Source: Elsinoe ampelina (Eukaryota). From it: a DNA stretch of 64,000 nt. Location: assembly GCA_010093995.1 (NCBI GenBank), contig ML992505.1, positions 870,273 through 934,272 on the forward strand. Direction: 5' to 3'. The notes below the pieces were generated by a model. The model searched no databases and was not told the DNA's origin. It saw nothing but the letters and a program-made list of their open reading frames with translations. A program made the translations under genes and the position numbers. Shown here piece after piece: positions 51,443 to 62,661 of the stretch. The first letter of the stretch is position 1. Every line of letters starts with the position of its first letter.

Positions 51443-52033
51443 ATGGCCGACCCCACCTCCCTCCGCGCCCGCCAGGCGCCCATCAAAGAATCCTACAAAT
51501 CCAACCCCTCCTCGGCCCTCGTGACGCTCAAATCCAGCGGGCACATCGACTCCTCGTCCTCCATCTCCTGCTCCCTCAGTTCCGGCCCAGCCATCGCCTC
51601 CGCCAAATCCAAAGTCGCCGGCCTACACCCGGCGGCCGGTGGCGACGACCCGCACATCTCAGGCGAGCTCTGCTCCGGCGACCTCCTCCTCGAAGCCCTG
51701 GTCGCGTGCTCGGGCGTGACGCTCAAAGCCGTCGCCACGGCGCTGGGGGTGCCGATCAAGTCCGGGACGGTGAAGGCGGAAGGGGATTTGGATTTCAGGG
51801 GGACGTTGGGGGTGGATCGGGAGGCGCCGGTGGGGTTCAAGGAGATTAGGTTGGGGTTTGAGATTGAGGTTGATGAGGAGGATGAGAGGGCTAAGGAGGT
51901 GGATGAGAAGAAGTTGAGCAGTTTGGGGAGGCTGACGGAGAGGTATTGTGTGGTTTTGCAGACGATTGTGAAGAAGCCGGAGGTGAGGGTCAGTTTGGTT
52001 GGGGGTGGGCAAAGGTGGGAGCAGAGTTCGTAG
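51443..52033 (+). CDS. OsmC/Ohr-like protein
   Basis: LRARQAPIKESY, AGLHPAAGGD, LCSGDLLLEALVACSGVTL, EGDLDFRGTLGV...PVGF and TERYCVVLQT (two conserved Cys). Confidence 0.92.
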   Translation: MADPTSLRARQAPIKESYKSNPSSALVTLKSSGHIDSSSSISCSLSSGPAIASAKSKVAGLHPAAGGDDPHISGELCSGDLLLEALVACSGVTLKAVATALGVPIKSGTVKAEGDLDFRGTLGVDREAPVGFKEIRLGFEIEVDEEDERAKEVDEKKLSSLGRLTERYCVVLQTIVKKPEVRVSLVGGGQRWEQSS

Positions 52034-52193
52034 GCTCGAGGAGGCATCATTTCAGATGTCACGAGGCGAGATTTATAATGGCGAAGAGCGAGAGGGTTCA
52101 AGGCGTTGTCGTGCGAAACATGACCGTATGATTTCACTGCTCTGTACGGTATATCTATGTTTATATCCACTGGTGGATCTGCAGGCACACCAT

Positions 52194-54026
52194 CTACTTG
52201 CCGCCCTTCTTCGCCACCTCCTCCCTCATCTCCTTCTTCACCCTACTAACCGTCCCGGCCCCTCCATACACAATCGCAGTGTACATCATAGCCACACTCG
52301 CACCCGCATTCAGCACTTCCAGCGCCTGCTTCCCATTCGTGATCCCACCCGTGGCAAAGATGACTTTGTCTTTGAGCTGATCCTGCACAGGTGATGTTGA
52401 TGGTGATGACGTATTTTTCATCCCCTGCTCCGCGTGCGTCGAAGATGATAGTGCCGGTTCCGAAGCTTTGAGCTCATGTGAAGGCTCTGCGCCGGCGTCG
52501 TGACGTTCGGGGATTTTGAGGAGTGGTTGTTTGCTTGCGGTGTCTGCTTGGGGGGTTTGGGGTTTGAGGCGGGCGGCGTCGCGGTCAACGCTGTCTTGGA
52601 TGCGTCCGGCTGTGATGTCTTCGGTTGATGACGGGGTGGTATTGAATGATTTCGATGTCTCTGGCGCTGATTGGGGTTCGGTGGTGTCTTTAGGAAGAGG
52701 AGGTCCTTGGTCTAGTGTGCTGCGGTACTTCTTTACCAGTGATACTGTGCGCTCAAATAGCTGTGGGCCAGAGTAGCCGCCTTGCTCGAGCATGAGTTGC
52801 TCCTCTTTGTATGGTAGGGTGTAACCTCTTGGTAACGGATCCGGTCGCTTCTTCGTCGTGTTGCCAACAATCACACCGTCCACACCACTCATCCACACCG
52901 CGTCGCAAATCCCTCGCACCTGCTCGTCCGAGTCTTCATCCGGACTGACCTTGACCATAACCGCCGGCTTCGTCTTCCTATCGCAACTCTTCGCCGAGCC
53001 CACCACACTCGTCAAGATCGCCGTGAGGGGAAGCGTCTGCTGCAAGCTCCTCAGCCCAGGCGTATTCGGACTCGACACATTCACCACAATAATATCCGCA
53101 TACTTCGCCAGCTGATCCACACAATACGTATAATCCCTCGCCACAGCCTCAATATCCCCATCCGGCGTATCCTTCATCTTGGCAACCTGCACCGCCAACA
53201 ACCTCCCCGGCACCAGACTCCCAGGGGGCACCCCCGCCTCCCCATCCAACACCTTCCTCTCCGCCTCCGGATCCAGCCCGAGCCCAATACTATACGCAAA
53301 CTCCCTCACCCTCTGCCTCAGCCTCAACGCCACACTATCCGCGCCCTCGGAATTCAATCCATACCGATTAATCAGCGCATTCTGGCTCGGCACCCTCCAC
53401 ACGCGCGGCTTCGGATTACCCTCCTGCGGCCACGGCGTCATGCCCCCCACCTCCACCACCGCAGGACCAAACGCAAGCAGCGCATCAGGTATCTCCGCAT
53501 TCTTATCAATACCCGCCGACGTCCCGATGGGATTATCAAGTACGTGCCCGAAAACCTCGACCTTCAAGTCCCCTTTCGCGTCCACGTCTCCGCGCTCCCG
53601 TGGGTGCAAGCCGAAAGTGTAGAGCAACTTGAGGGATTTGTTGCCGATTTTGTGGGCGTCTTCGGCGTCCGGGTAGGCGAGGCGTACCAGGGGCACGACG
53701 AGCCATTCGTGCATCGAGGCCCGGGTGTCGGTTGCGTAGAGGTAGGTGAAGGAGAGGATGAGGGTGAGGGAGGTGCCGAGGAGGAGGTTCTTGAAGCGGG
53801 TCCCGGCGGAGCGGGTGGTGGTGAGGGTTTCGCGGGAGACGACTTTGTCCGAGGAGGCGGAGCGGGTGGGTGTGGTGGTGGTGGGTGAAGATTTTGGGAG
53901 GGGGAGTCGCGGCCGGGATGGGTGGTGGAATTGGCGATGCGCGATGCGCCATTGGAGTCGCATTTTTTGGGCGATTGATTGAGAAAGCTTCTGCCGCGCA
54001 GACGGCCAGCCGTGGAGGCTGTTCAT
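52194..54026 (-). CDS. URA9: Mitochondrial class 2 dihydroorotate dehydrogenase (quinone)
   Basis: Presequence plus TM segment; NPIGTSAGIDK, PQEGNPKPRVWR, INRYGLNSEG, VNVSSPNTPGLR, KVSPD, GGYSG and ATGGI. Start is ATG 54026 or 53963. Confidence 0.95.
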   Translation of the reverse strand: MNSLHGWPSARQKLSQSIAQKMRLQWRIAHRQFHHPSRPRLPLPKSSPTTTTPTRSASSDKVVSRETLTTTRSAGTRFKNLLLGTSLTLILSFTYLYATDTRASMHEWLVVPLVRLAYPDAEDAHKIGNKSLKLLYTFGLHPRERGDVDAKGDLKVEVFGHVLDNPIGTSAGIDKNAEIPDALLAFGPAVVEVGGMTPWPQEGNPKPRVWRVPSQNALINRYGLNSEGADSVALRLRQRVREFAYSIGLGLDPEAERKVLDGEAGVPPGSLVPGRLLAVQVAKMKDTPDGDIEAVARDYTYCVDQLAKYADIIVVNVSSPNTPGLRSLQQTLPLTAILTSVVGSAKSCDRKTKPAVMVKVSPDEDSDEQVRGICDAVWMSGVDGVIVGNTTKKRPDPLPRGYTLPYKEEQLMLEQGGYSGPQLFERTVSLVKKYRSTLDQGPPLPKDTTEPQSAPETSKSFNTTPSSTEDITAGRIQDSVDRDAARLKPQTPQADTASKQPLLKIPERHDAGAEPSHELKASEPALSSSTHAEQGMKNTSSPSTSPVQDQLKDKVIFATGGITNGKQALEVLNAGASVAMMYTAIVYGGAGTVSRVKKEMREEVAKKGGK

Positions 54027-54225
54027 CTTTGTTGCGGTGATCGGTTGGAAAGTCACCGGGTGGGAGCTGGATGGCAGAAGTTGAGGTCAGTCCCTGCCAA
54101 GGATACCGAGGTCATTTTATCACGACGACAAACAACGAGTGAGCATCATCATACTCTGTCAAAAGGTATTGATATTTCCTGTACATGACTTTGAAAGACT
54201 AATAATTCATCTCGCTCGCTACGCA

Positions 54226-56388
54226 TCAAAACTTCTCCATCAGATTCTTCCTCACAGTCCACATCCTGGCTCTCTTCCCGAATATGTACATGGGAATGGT
54301 GAAGAACATGCAAGCCATCTGAATTGCACCAATGGCAATGAAGACCTTCTTGCTACCATCATGCTCCAGCCAATGGTTGAAAAACAAACTGAAAACCAGT
54401 CCGTGGAAAATGTTCTTGCTAAAGTTCAGTGTCACCAGCGCCTCTCCAGCGTACTGTCTGTATGAATCGACTGCAAAGGTGATGGACGTGGTGCTTCCGA
54501 GTGAGCACCCAAAACTGATGAAGCCAAAAAACACGGTCGGTACAATCCAGGCATCGCGTTCTTCTGCGGACCATCCATATCCCATCAGGCCGATGACGGT
54601 GGTAATGGCGATAGGGATGGCCATGACAAGCCGGAACTCGGGCTCGTAGACACCGCCATTTCGCCTCGACATCCAGCGCACGATAACATCAGAGACCTTG
54701 CCGGCAACAGCGGTACCGAGTACACCACCAATGAAAGGACTGATGTATACAAGACCGGCCTGCAACGAGGTGAAGTTGTATGTGTTTCTGCTCTTGTAGA
54801 TATCCGTTACTGATTCTGAGAGGACAATGAGCCAACCAATGGAGAGCGAATACACTAGGGTGCTCCAAAGAATGGAGGGGTAGGCAAAGAGGATGAAGGG
54901 ACGGACGAAGACGCGCAACCAGCTATCCTTTCTCAGCCTGCCTGAGTAAGGTACTAGTTGCTCGACAAAGGTCTTTGGCTCTTCTCGTTGAAGCTGGCTG
55001 GTATAGGGGTTTGGCGACGCTACGTTGTCGAAGGCGATGTGGGAAGGCGTGGCTGGGGCTGACGACTTCTCATCTGGAGCGTCCACAGGTGTCGTAGTGT
55101 CAGAGTGCGCAAAGTAGCCAGGGTCATCAGTGTGGTGCGCGGTTGGCGGCGTTCGAGGCGTGGCTGTGGGGGCTGGTGCGGCATCCCCAGAGGTAGTGTC
55201 ATTGATGGCATCACCTGCTGGCAACTCGGCCGGAGCTTCTGCAAAGTGGGCATGACGATCAGCAGCGCGACGAGCGGCAATAGTGTCACCCTCCTGCGCA
55301 TCCTTGACCTTATCCATCGCAGGCGAGGCTGGCTTCTTCCGATGAGCCGTGGGACTACCAACAAAAGAGCTCATCCTAGAAAGACTCTTCCGGAGAGGGA
55401 GTCTGTGGTTGTGACTCTTGTGAGGGCGCGGAGTTCTGTCCCAGAAGGTCTCGGGCACGAAGAAGAACAGCAAGGCCAGACAAAACCCAACGACCATGGC
55501 GACGATCCAGAAGACCCATCGCCATCCCAGTGAATTGATTACCACGGCACTGACGAGTGGAACCAGGTTCTTGCCTCCGAGCAGTAGAAGAGTGTAGATA
55601 CCCAGTCGATATGCCTTTTCGTGCAGGAAGTAGATCTCGGCAACCGAAGCAGAAGGTAGACACTCGACCGCGGAAACAGCAAAGCCCTGGAAGATGCGAG
55701 CAATGGCCAGACTGATGAAGTTGGGTGATAAGGCGCACCAGATGGCTGAAAGGATGAAGCAGACGGCAGATACCAGATATACAGGTCGTTTACCGTACAA
55801 AATAGCAGTCGGGCTCAGAAAAGCACTACCCACTCCCATGCCCATCATATAAAGACCGGTGGTGAGGGCGACTCTAGCGTTGGTGACCCCGTAGTCGGCA
55901 GCCACGTCGTTGAAACCGGCTGCCAGGATTGGAGTCATGCCACCACCGACCATGCAGTATAGACCAAGGGAGAGCAAGGCAGCATCGCGGCGCCAGATCT
56001 TCCAATTCAGTGGATCGTTGAGCGAATCGTCAGGTTGTGGTTCGAGGATGATGGTCCCGTCGGCAGTTCTCTTCTTTTCGGGAACGATCGATCGCTTGCG
56101 CTGCACAGACGAGCGTCTTGAGGATGGCGGGTAGGGTGAGGAAGGGAGCGATGAACTCGACACCCGTGCGGGCGTGTTCTGAAGGCCGAGAGGCTCGTTG
56201 AATTCGGAAACCTTTGGCATGAGCAGGATGGAACCTGGTACCTCGTCGGTCTCCTTGTCGCTGAGGACTCCAAGCGTCCATTTCTGTCTCTTCTCTACCT
56301 GACCTTCAACTTCTGATAGAGATGTTGTTCTACTGTTCCCCTTCTCTTCGCTGTCCTTTCGCCGAAGAGCGAATAGCCGTGGGGACAT
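54226..56388 (-). CDS. MFS transporter, DHA1/HOL1-like
   Basis: EPQPDDSLNDPLNW, LYGKRPVYL, ARIFQGF, EIYFLHEKAYRLG, GWRWVFW, PET and PEFRL; 12 hydrophobic segments with a large central loop. Confidence 0.93.
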   Translation of the reverse strand: MSPRLFALRRKDSEEKGNSRTTSLSEVEGQVEKRQKWTLGVLSDKETDEVPGSILLMPKVSEFNEPLGLQNTPARVSSSSLPSSPYPPSSRRSSVQRKRSIVPEKKRTADGTIILEPQPDDSLNDPLNWKIWRRDAALLSLGLYCMVGGGMTPILAAGFNDVAADYGVTNARVALTTGLYMMGMGVGSAFLSPTAILYGKRPVYLVSAVCFILSAIWCALSPNFISLAIARIFQGFAVSAVECLPSASVAEIYFLHEKAYRLGIYTLLLLGGKNLVPLVSAVVINSLGWRWVFWIVAMVVGFCLALLFFFVPETFWDRTPRPHKSHNHRLPLRKSLSRMSSFVGSPTAHRKKPASPAMDKVKDAQEGDTIAARRAADRHAHFAEAPAELPAGDAINDTTSGDAAPAPTATPRTPPTAHHTDDPGYFAHSDTTTPVDAPDEKSSAPATPSHIAFDNVASPNPYTSQLQREEPKTFVEQLVPYSGRLRKDSWLRVFVRPFILFAYPSILWSTLVYSLSIGWLIVLSESVTDIYKSRNTYNFTSLQAGLVYISPFIGGVLGTAVAGKVSDVIVRWMSRRNGGVYEPEFRLVMAIPIAITTVIGLMGYGWSAEERDAWIVPTVFFGFISFGCSLGSTTSITFAVDSYRQYAGEALVTLNFSKNIFHGLVFSLFFNHWLEHDGSKKVFIAIGAIQMACMFFTIPMYIFGKRARMWTVRKNLMEKF

Positions 56389-57599
56389 TTTGCGTCTTTG
56401 ACAGTGCAGTTTATGGGAGAGACTGTCACTGCAAGATTTTCCTGAAGATTAGACCCGAGTGTGTATGTGCGGCACGCCTCAAGATATATGTTCCAGATGC
56501 TCGCGAGCCTGAAATCTTACCAGGCTTGGGTCGGGAGTGCTTCAGCCTGGGGTACGGCTGGGGGTGGTCAGGCGTAGAGTGTCGATCGATAGCACGGACA
56601 GACCGCTCATGTTTGCGTCGGTGGCGATGCGGTGAGGGGTATATATCGAGACGTGGGAGTGGCCCATGGTGGGACACATGATAGGAGGTTCTCCTTGGTC
56701 ATCTGAGTCGAATGCGAGAAGTCAACAAGCAAACCACTGTGATAACACCGGCACATCCGCGGATGACGCAACTGGCATGCAGCGGCAAGCAGGAAAAGGT
56801 CAGCCGAACACACGGGTCGATCACTTTTTTAATAGTATTGCGGTGTGTCAGCTATGTCTGTTGAACAGCCTGCTCGTTCTGATAAGGTGTGTGGTAAAGT
56901 ACCATAACCATGCCGTCAAGAGCTGCAGCCCACAGCCACCCGACTTGGCCATTTGCTTGTCTTTGCTTGTCCTTCATTCGATGCTCCGAGGCTTAACTCA
57001 GCCTCCCTTTAGGGTAACGCTCCTCGTATGTTTCAGGTTCTGGAACGGTCAAAAGGATCGACGTGGGGGGCAAAGGCCACACCGCAAGCGCGTCAATCTC
57101 GTGTTTTGGTAGACATGCACCTTCAACGACCCCTCTCCGTGCCAGAAGTCCAGATCAACGAAATAAGAAGTCTAGGACAGCTGCAGTGTAAGGACTTGAT
57201 CCGATGTGTCTGTCAATGATCTCGTGTAGGGCGCGAACTCCCCGAAGATGCCTGCGAAGAATGCCCTGTGCCAATGTTCGCACTTTCCCGTCTCACGGCT
57301 TTGCTTCGCGACTTCGATTTGACCATCTTCAACATCCACGCGAATACGCAAACATTGACATAGTTCTATCACTGCCGCTTATCGCAGGTGTCGCTTTCGA
57401 TTACAATTTCTATTGCATCTGTGCATGACTTGTCTGTGACAACGGCATGGTAGTCGCGTTTGCTGCCTAAAATTGCTAGGCCTTCACACAACTTCTGGAT
57501 GGCTACCTGTTATACAGCTTTCGCCACTTCTCACACCCGTCCGTGAACAACAATCTTTTCGCTCTTACTGGTCATTCCCGCTACGATTGGCATTAGATC

Positions 57600-59771
57600 A
57601 TGTCGTCCAAGGAAGCCACAGTCTATATCGTGGACGTTGGTAGGTCCATGGGAGAGAAGAGACACGGCAGAAGAGTAACCGATCTGGACTGGGCTCTACA
57701 ATATGTCTGGGACAGGATCACTGCTACCATCGCCACTGAACGGAAAACCTGCCATATTGGTGTCATCGGTCTGAAGACAGACGAATCAAACAGCGACCTG
57801 AGCAACGAAGACGCATACCACCACATCTCCGTCATCCGCGAGCTGGGCCAGCTTCTCATGCCGGACTTCAGAGAGCTCCAGGACAAGCTGCGGCCAAGTC
57901 ACACAGACAATGGCGACGCCATTTCGGCGCTAGTCATAGCCATTCAATTGATCGAAGCGCATTGCAAGGCTTTGAAGTACATCCGTCGCATCATCCTCAT
58001 CACCAACGGTATGTCACCTATGGATGCCGACGACCTCGCCGACATCACGGGCAAGATCAAGTCTGAGCAGATGGAGCTGGTCATTCTCGGTGTGGATTTC
58101 GACGATGCTGAATACGGTTACAAGGAGGAAGACAAGCCCACTATCAAAGCTGACAATGAGAAGCTTCTCAAAGATCTAGCTGATGATTGTGGTGGTGCAT
58201 ACGGAACCCTCGCACAAGCCGTTGCTGAGCTAAACGTACCACGTATCAGGTCTGTCAGACCTACACCATCCTACAAAGGCTATCTCACACTTGGGGATCC
58301 CGAGAAGTACGACTCCGCCATGTCCATTGATGTGGAACGCTACCCGAAAGTCATGGTGGCAAAGGCACCGAGCGCATCATCCTTTGTCATTCGGAGCGAG
58401 GCAACACAGATCGAGTCATCAGCCAACGGTGATAGCGGTGCGGATGGACTTGCTGCGGTCAAGAGATCTCGCACCTACCAAGTCCCTGATGAATCGGCTC
58501 CAGGTGGCAAGAAGGAGGTATCAGAAGAAGACCTTGCGAAAGGCTTTGCGTATGGATCGACTGCCGTCCATATAGCGGAGTCGGATCAAGCGGTCACCAC
58601 ATTCGAGACAAAGCCTGGTCTTTCCATCATTGGCTTCGTGGCCAAGGAGCAATATGCACGCTATATGGACATGTCACGGTCAAACATGATCATCGCTCAG
58701 CGGACCAACCCGAAAGCGGCCCTCGCACTCTCCTCCCTCATCCACGCCCTCTATGAGCTCTCTTCTCTGGCAGTCGCTCGTTACGTACCCAAGCCAGACA
58801 AGGCACCAATCATCCTTCTACTCTCGCCATCCGTCGAGCCTGACCTCGAATGTCTCTACGATGTCGAACTTCCCTTCGCCGAGGACATTCGACAATACCG
58901 CTTTCCACCACTCGACCGCATCCTCACAGTCTCCGGCAAAACCATCACCCAACACCGCACCCTACCCAGCAAAGAACTAAAAGACGCCATGTCCGCCTAC
59001 GTCGACGCCATGGACCTCACTCTCCCCGCCATCACCACCGACCTCGACGAAACCGAATACGCCTCCATCGAAAACACTTTCGCCCCCATGGTCCACCGCA
59101 TCAACCAAGTCATCCGCCACCGCGCCATCCACCCCACCTCTCCCCTCCCGCCCATCCCCTACATCCTCACACGATTCTCCGTCCCCCCCGCCTCCCTCCT
59201 CAGCTGCGCCCAACCCGCCCTCTCCCACCTCATCGCCACCGCCGACGTCAAACGCGTGCCCCCCAAAACCCGCGCCAAAAAAGGCCGCGTCCCTCCCCCG
59301 ACCCCCATGTCAGGTCTCGACGTCGACGCCCTCCTCTCCTCCACGCCCTCGCTCGGCGTCCGCTCCTCCCCGACCAAAATCGACCCGCGCAACGCCATCC
59401 CGGAATTCAAACAAATGTTCTCCCGCGCGGACAACTCGGGCGACACGAAGCAGGTCGAAGCCGTGTTCGCGCAGATGGGGGACGTGATTGACGGTTTCGT
59501 CAGGGAGAGCGTAGGGGAGCAGAAGTACGGGCGGGCGGTGGAGGGGATGGGGGCGTTGAGGGAGGCCGCGGAGGAGATGGAGATGGCGGGGTGGTGGAAT
59601 GGCTGGGTGAGGGGGTTCAAGGGGCGGGTGTTGAAGGGGGAGTTGGGCGGGGAGAGGAGGGAGTTTTGGGGGATGGTGAGGGGGGCGAGATTGGGGTTGT
59701 TGGGCGGGGAGGAGGGGAGGGGGGCGGGGATGGACGAGGTGGAGGGGTTTTTGAGGGGGATGAAGGTTTAG
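57600..59771 (+). CDS. KU80: NHEJ Ku heterodimer subunit Ku80
   Basis: vWA domain MSSKEATVYIVDVG...GDAISAL, Ku core KGFAYGSTAV and LPFAEDIRQYRFPPLD, and a C-terminal domain starting KIDPRNAIPEFKQM. Intronless, 723 aa. Confidence 0.96.
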   Translation: MSSKEATVYIVDVGRSMGEKRHGRRVTDLDWALQYVWDRITATIATERKTCHIGVIGLKTDESNSDLSNEDAYHHISVIRELGQLLMPDFRELQDKLRPSHTDNGDAISALVIAIQLIEAHCKALKYIRRIILITNGMSPMDADDLADITGKIKSEQMELVILGVDFDDAEYGYKEEDKPTIKADNEKLLKDLADDCGGAYGTLAQAVAELNVPRIRSVRPTPSYKGYLTLGDPEKYDSAMSIDVERYPKVMVAKAPSASSFVIRSEATQIESSANGDSGADGLAAVKRSRTYQVPDESAPGGKKEVSEEDLAKGFAYGSTAVHIAESDQAVTTFETKPGLSIIGFVAKEQYARYMDMSRSNMIIAQRTNPKAALALSSLIHALYELSSLAVARYVPKPDKAPIILLLSPSVEPDLECLYDVELPFAEDIRQYRFPPLDRILTVSGKTITQHRTLPSKELKDAMSAYVDAMDLTLPAITTDLDETEYASIENTFAPMVHRINQVIRHRAIHPTSPLPPIPYILTRFSVPPASLLSCAQPALSHLIATADVKRVPPKTRAKKGRVPPPTPMSGLDVDALLSSTPSLGVRSSPTKIDPRNAIPEFKQMFSRADNSGDTKQVEAVFAQMGDVIDGFVRESVGEQKYGRAVEGMGALREAAEEMEMAGWWNGWVRGFKGRVLKGELGGERREFWGMVRGARLGLLGGEEGRGAGMDEVEGFLRGMKV

Positions 59772-60638
59772 GGTTGGGGTTTTGTCTCTGGGAGTTGGGG
59801 GAGGAAGAGGCGAGGGAGGGAGAGGTGATTGAGACGGAGAGATGGATGGGTCTTCTCTACGGGCAATGGAGGTTCGGGCGCGGGCGTGATAGCGGTCTCC
59901 GCAGCAAACGCGACTTGTGCAAGTAGCGTTGAGTCACGGACAGACGGTCCACGTGCAGAGCGTAGCAAAAGAAGATGACTCTTTCAGATTCGAGATTTAC
60001 ATCCGTCTGCAGTCTACATCTTCTTGTAATAGGAGAAATGGGTTCCCCCCTTGTTCCTCGAGCCATCTCCTCTTCCTCCTCTCCTCAGCATCCCCTCACC
60101 ATCTCTCCTCCTCCCTACTCGTCCCCCCTACTCCTCTCCTCCCCGTGACTCTTCCCTCTCGACCTGCCCCTCTCTCCCTCGGTCAATCCAACACTATTAC
60201 AACAATACAAATTACCCCCCTTCCCTCTTCCCCTCAAAAAAAAATCTAAAATATCTCTCGGTTTCAGAGAAGAAGGGGTAAAAAAAAAAGTCCATCATCA
60301 TCATAGAAGTATACAAATTCGTACAAAGCGCGCCTGAGCGCCCTGGAGCGTCCGGCGTCTGCGAGGAAGAAGAAAAGTCGTTTGTGCAGGAAGTAAACGT
60401 GGTCCGCCGGTCCAGACACGATACACGGCGTGGTGCTGGGGACAGGTCGAAGAATGAATATGCAATGTATCGCCTCTCATCCTATGCAGAGAGAGAGCGG
60501 GCAGCGTCGTCCTTGTAAAGTGTATGGTGAATTAAGCGGCGACGCAGACGTAAGCGGCCGTGCGATGCGGGTATATCGACAAGAATCGAGAAGCAAATTT
60601 GTCCGTGATGAAATCATTCAGGGGGTGGCGGAAAGTAT

Positions 60639-62661
60639 TTACACCTCCTCCGTGAAGCGGCTGTGATGTGAGTGCGGCGTGGCGCTGCGCTCGGGGTAGC
60701 TGGCTCCCAGGTTCACCGGCGTGGCAGAGCGGCCTTCGAGCATGGGCATGCGAGGACTACCGGGTGGAGTGTCGAATGGGTTGGTCGATGCGCTGTAGGG
60801 ACCACCTGGATGCAGGGTGGGTTGGCGTGCTGGACCAGGCTGAATCTCTGCAGGGCCGAGCTCGCCGGGACTGCTGCCTGAGGAGCCGGATTCGATGCCT
60901 ACGCCGCCATAGTAGCCTGTGCTGTCGCGGTAGAAAGAGCGGTCGCCACCACTGCCGCCATTGTTGCGGTTGTGGTTTTGGCTACCATTTTCGAAGGCGG
61001 CGGGCATGGGCACAATCGGTGGGCTGGTAGGGCCGGGACTGGTCGGTCCTGTGATGCCTCCAGAGAAAGCGCTTGGGAGCTTTCGACCGCTGACGCGTTG
61101 AAAGCCACGCTCGCCACTCGATGCCTCTGATTTGTCCCGACGGCCACGGAGCAGACCAGCAGCGGCCCCCAAAGGAAGCAGGCCTTTGCGTTCAGCCATA
61201 CCCCTGTTGCCAGCTCCATCGGATGGATCGTTGTCGAGACGCTGCATAGAGCTCTTTCGGCGATACCAGCGGAGAAGGACAAAAGCAACAAGCAAGATCG
61301 CAGCGATACCTGCCACGCCACCAACAATACCTCCGGCTAGAATTTGCGGGGGAGGTGTGCTGCTGTCACCTTGGCTTTCTGAGCTCGAGGAAGAACCACT
61401 GTCGCCAGAAGACGCGCCACCTGCAGTTCCAGCTTGTCCATTCCCGTTGCCATTTCCATTGCTTGAGCCTGATCCAGCACCAGTAGGGGATGAAGTAGCG
61501 TCAGCACCAGTCCCCGAGGGACCTGGCGAATCAGTGGCGGTAGGACGGAGAGACCCGCTAGTGACCGGCACAAGACTGCCGGCTGAAGTGGAAAGCTGGC
61601 CATTCGGCAGGGTAGTGAGAGAAGTCAGTCGAGATGCAGGGACAGTAGAAAGGCGGCCATCAGGAAGGGTCGTGACGATGATGCCGAACAAGCCAAGAAG
61701 ATCCGAGGAGGAAGTTGAGGTAGATGCGCTCGAAGTTATAGTACCAGCAGATGACGTTGATGCGGCGATAGAATCTAGACATGTTAGAGCTCATCGAGCA
61801 GAGTGGCGGGGAATATTAAAGCTTACCAGTCAAAGTTGTATTAATAGAAGCAGACAGGTCCGATGGCAAAGCTGTCAAGCTAGCAAGCGAAGATGTCAAA
61901 GAAGCAGAATCGGTGATGGTCGTAGCATTGGTCGATGCAGCGGAGACGGTCACGTCCGTTGGGAGCGGACTTAGTGTCGTGGTAGCGGTATAAGTAGCAA
62001 CAGCGGTTGGCGTCATGCCGATCATGCCCTGTGGCGAATCTGATGTTGGAGTCGGCACAAGTGTCGACTGATCAGAAGGAGCAGGCGCTGGAGTATCGGT
62101 GACGGTGAGAGATGGCGTCTCAGCCGAAGACGAACTTGAAGAGCTGCTCGCCGAAGAAGAAGAAGAAGAAGACGACGGCGTTGTGCTTGGTTCATGCTCG
62201 GTTGTGATTGCTACTTCAGTGACAGGCACTACAGCTGTAGGCGTAGAGGGAAGCTCGACAGGTGCGGTACCAGGAAACGTCCAGGTGATTGGGGTAAGGG
62301 ACCCATCCCCACCAACTACGACCGAGACTGATATTATAGGCTGTGGTGTGGTGGTAGGAGTCGGAGTTGGCGCAGGCGTCGTCAACGACGAATCTGTGGC
62401 AGCTCCAGTTTCACCAGTCTGTCTCCGGTGCATAGCTCTATGCAAGTTGTGTGCCTCGAGCACATCGTGGGACCTTTTGCTGGCTTGATATCTCCGAACC
62501 CGAGCATGAATCTCATCGATCTTTGGGGGCGTCCGTTGATCTTCTTGAGATAGCGCAGCGACCTCTTGGTGTCCATGTGTCATTGGTCCAACTGGTGCGT
62601 TCGCCGGTGAATCCTGCTCATCGTCGTTTGATATTCTCCGTCTCTTTACTGAATATGCCAT
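60639..62661 (-). CDS. Ser/Thr-rich single-pass membrane protein (Mid2/mucin-like cell-surface protein)
   Basis: Two ORFs joined by intron 61826-61775. Long S/T/P-rich ectodomain, TM segment ILAGGIVGGVAGIAAILLVAFVLL-RWYRRK, cytoplasmic ERGFQRVSGRKLPS and C-terminal SRFTEEV. Confidence 0.8.

Noticed and set aside
60050..60290. Pyrimidine-rich tract and A-runs after KU80
   Set aside because: Ordinary low-complexity 3' UTR/terminator region between convergent genes.
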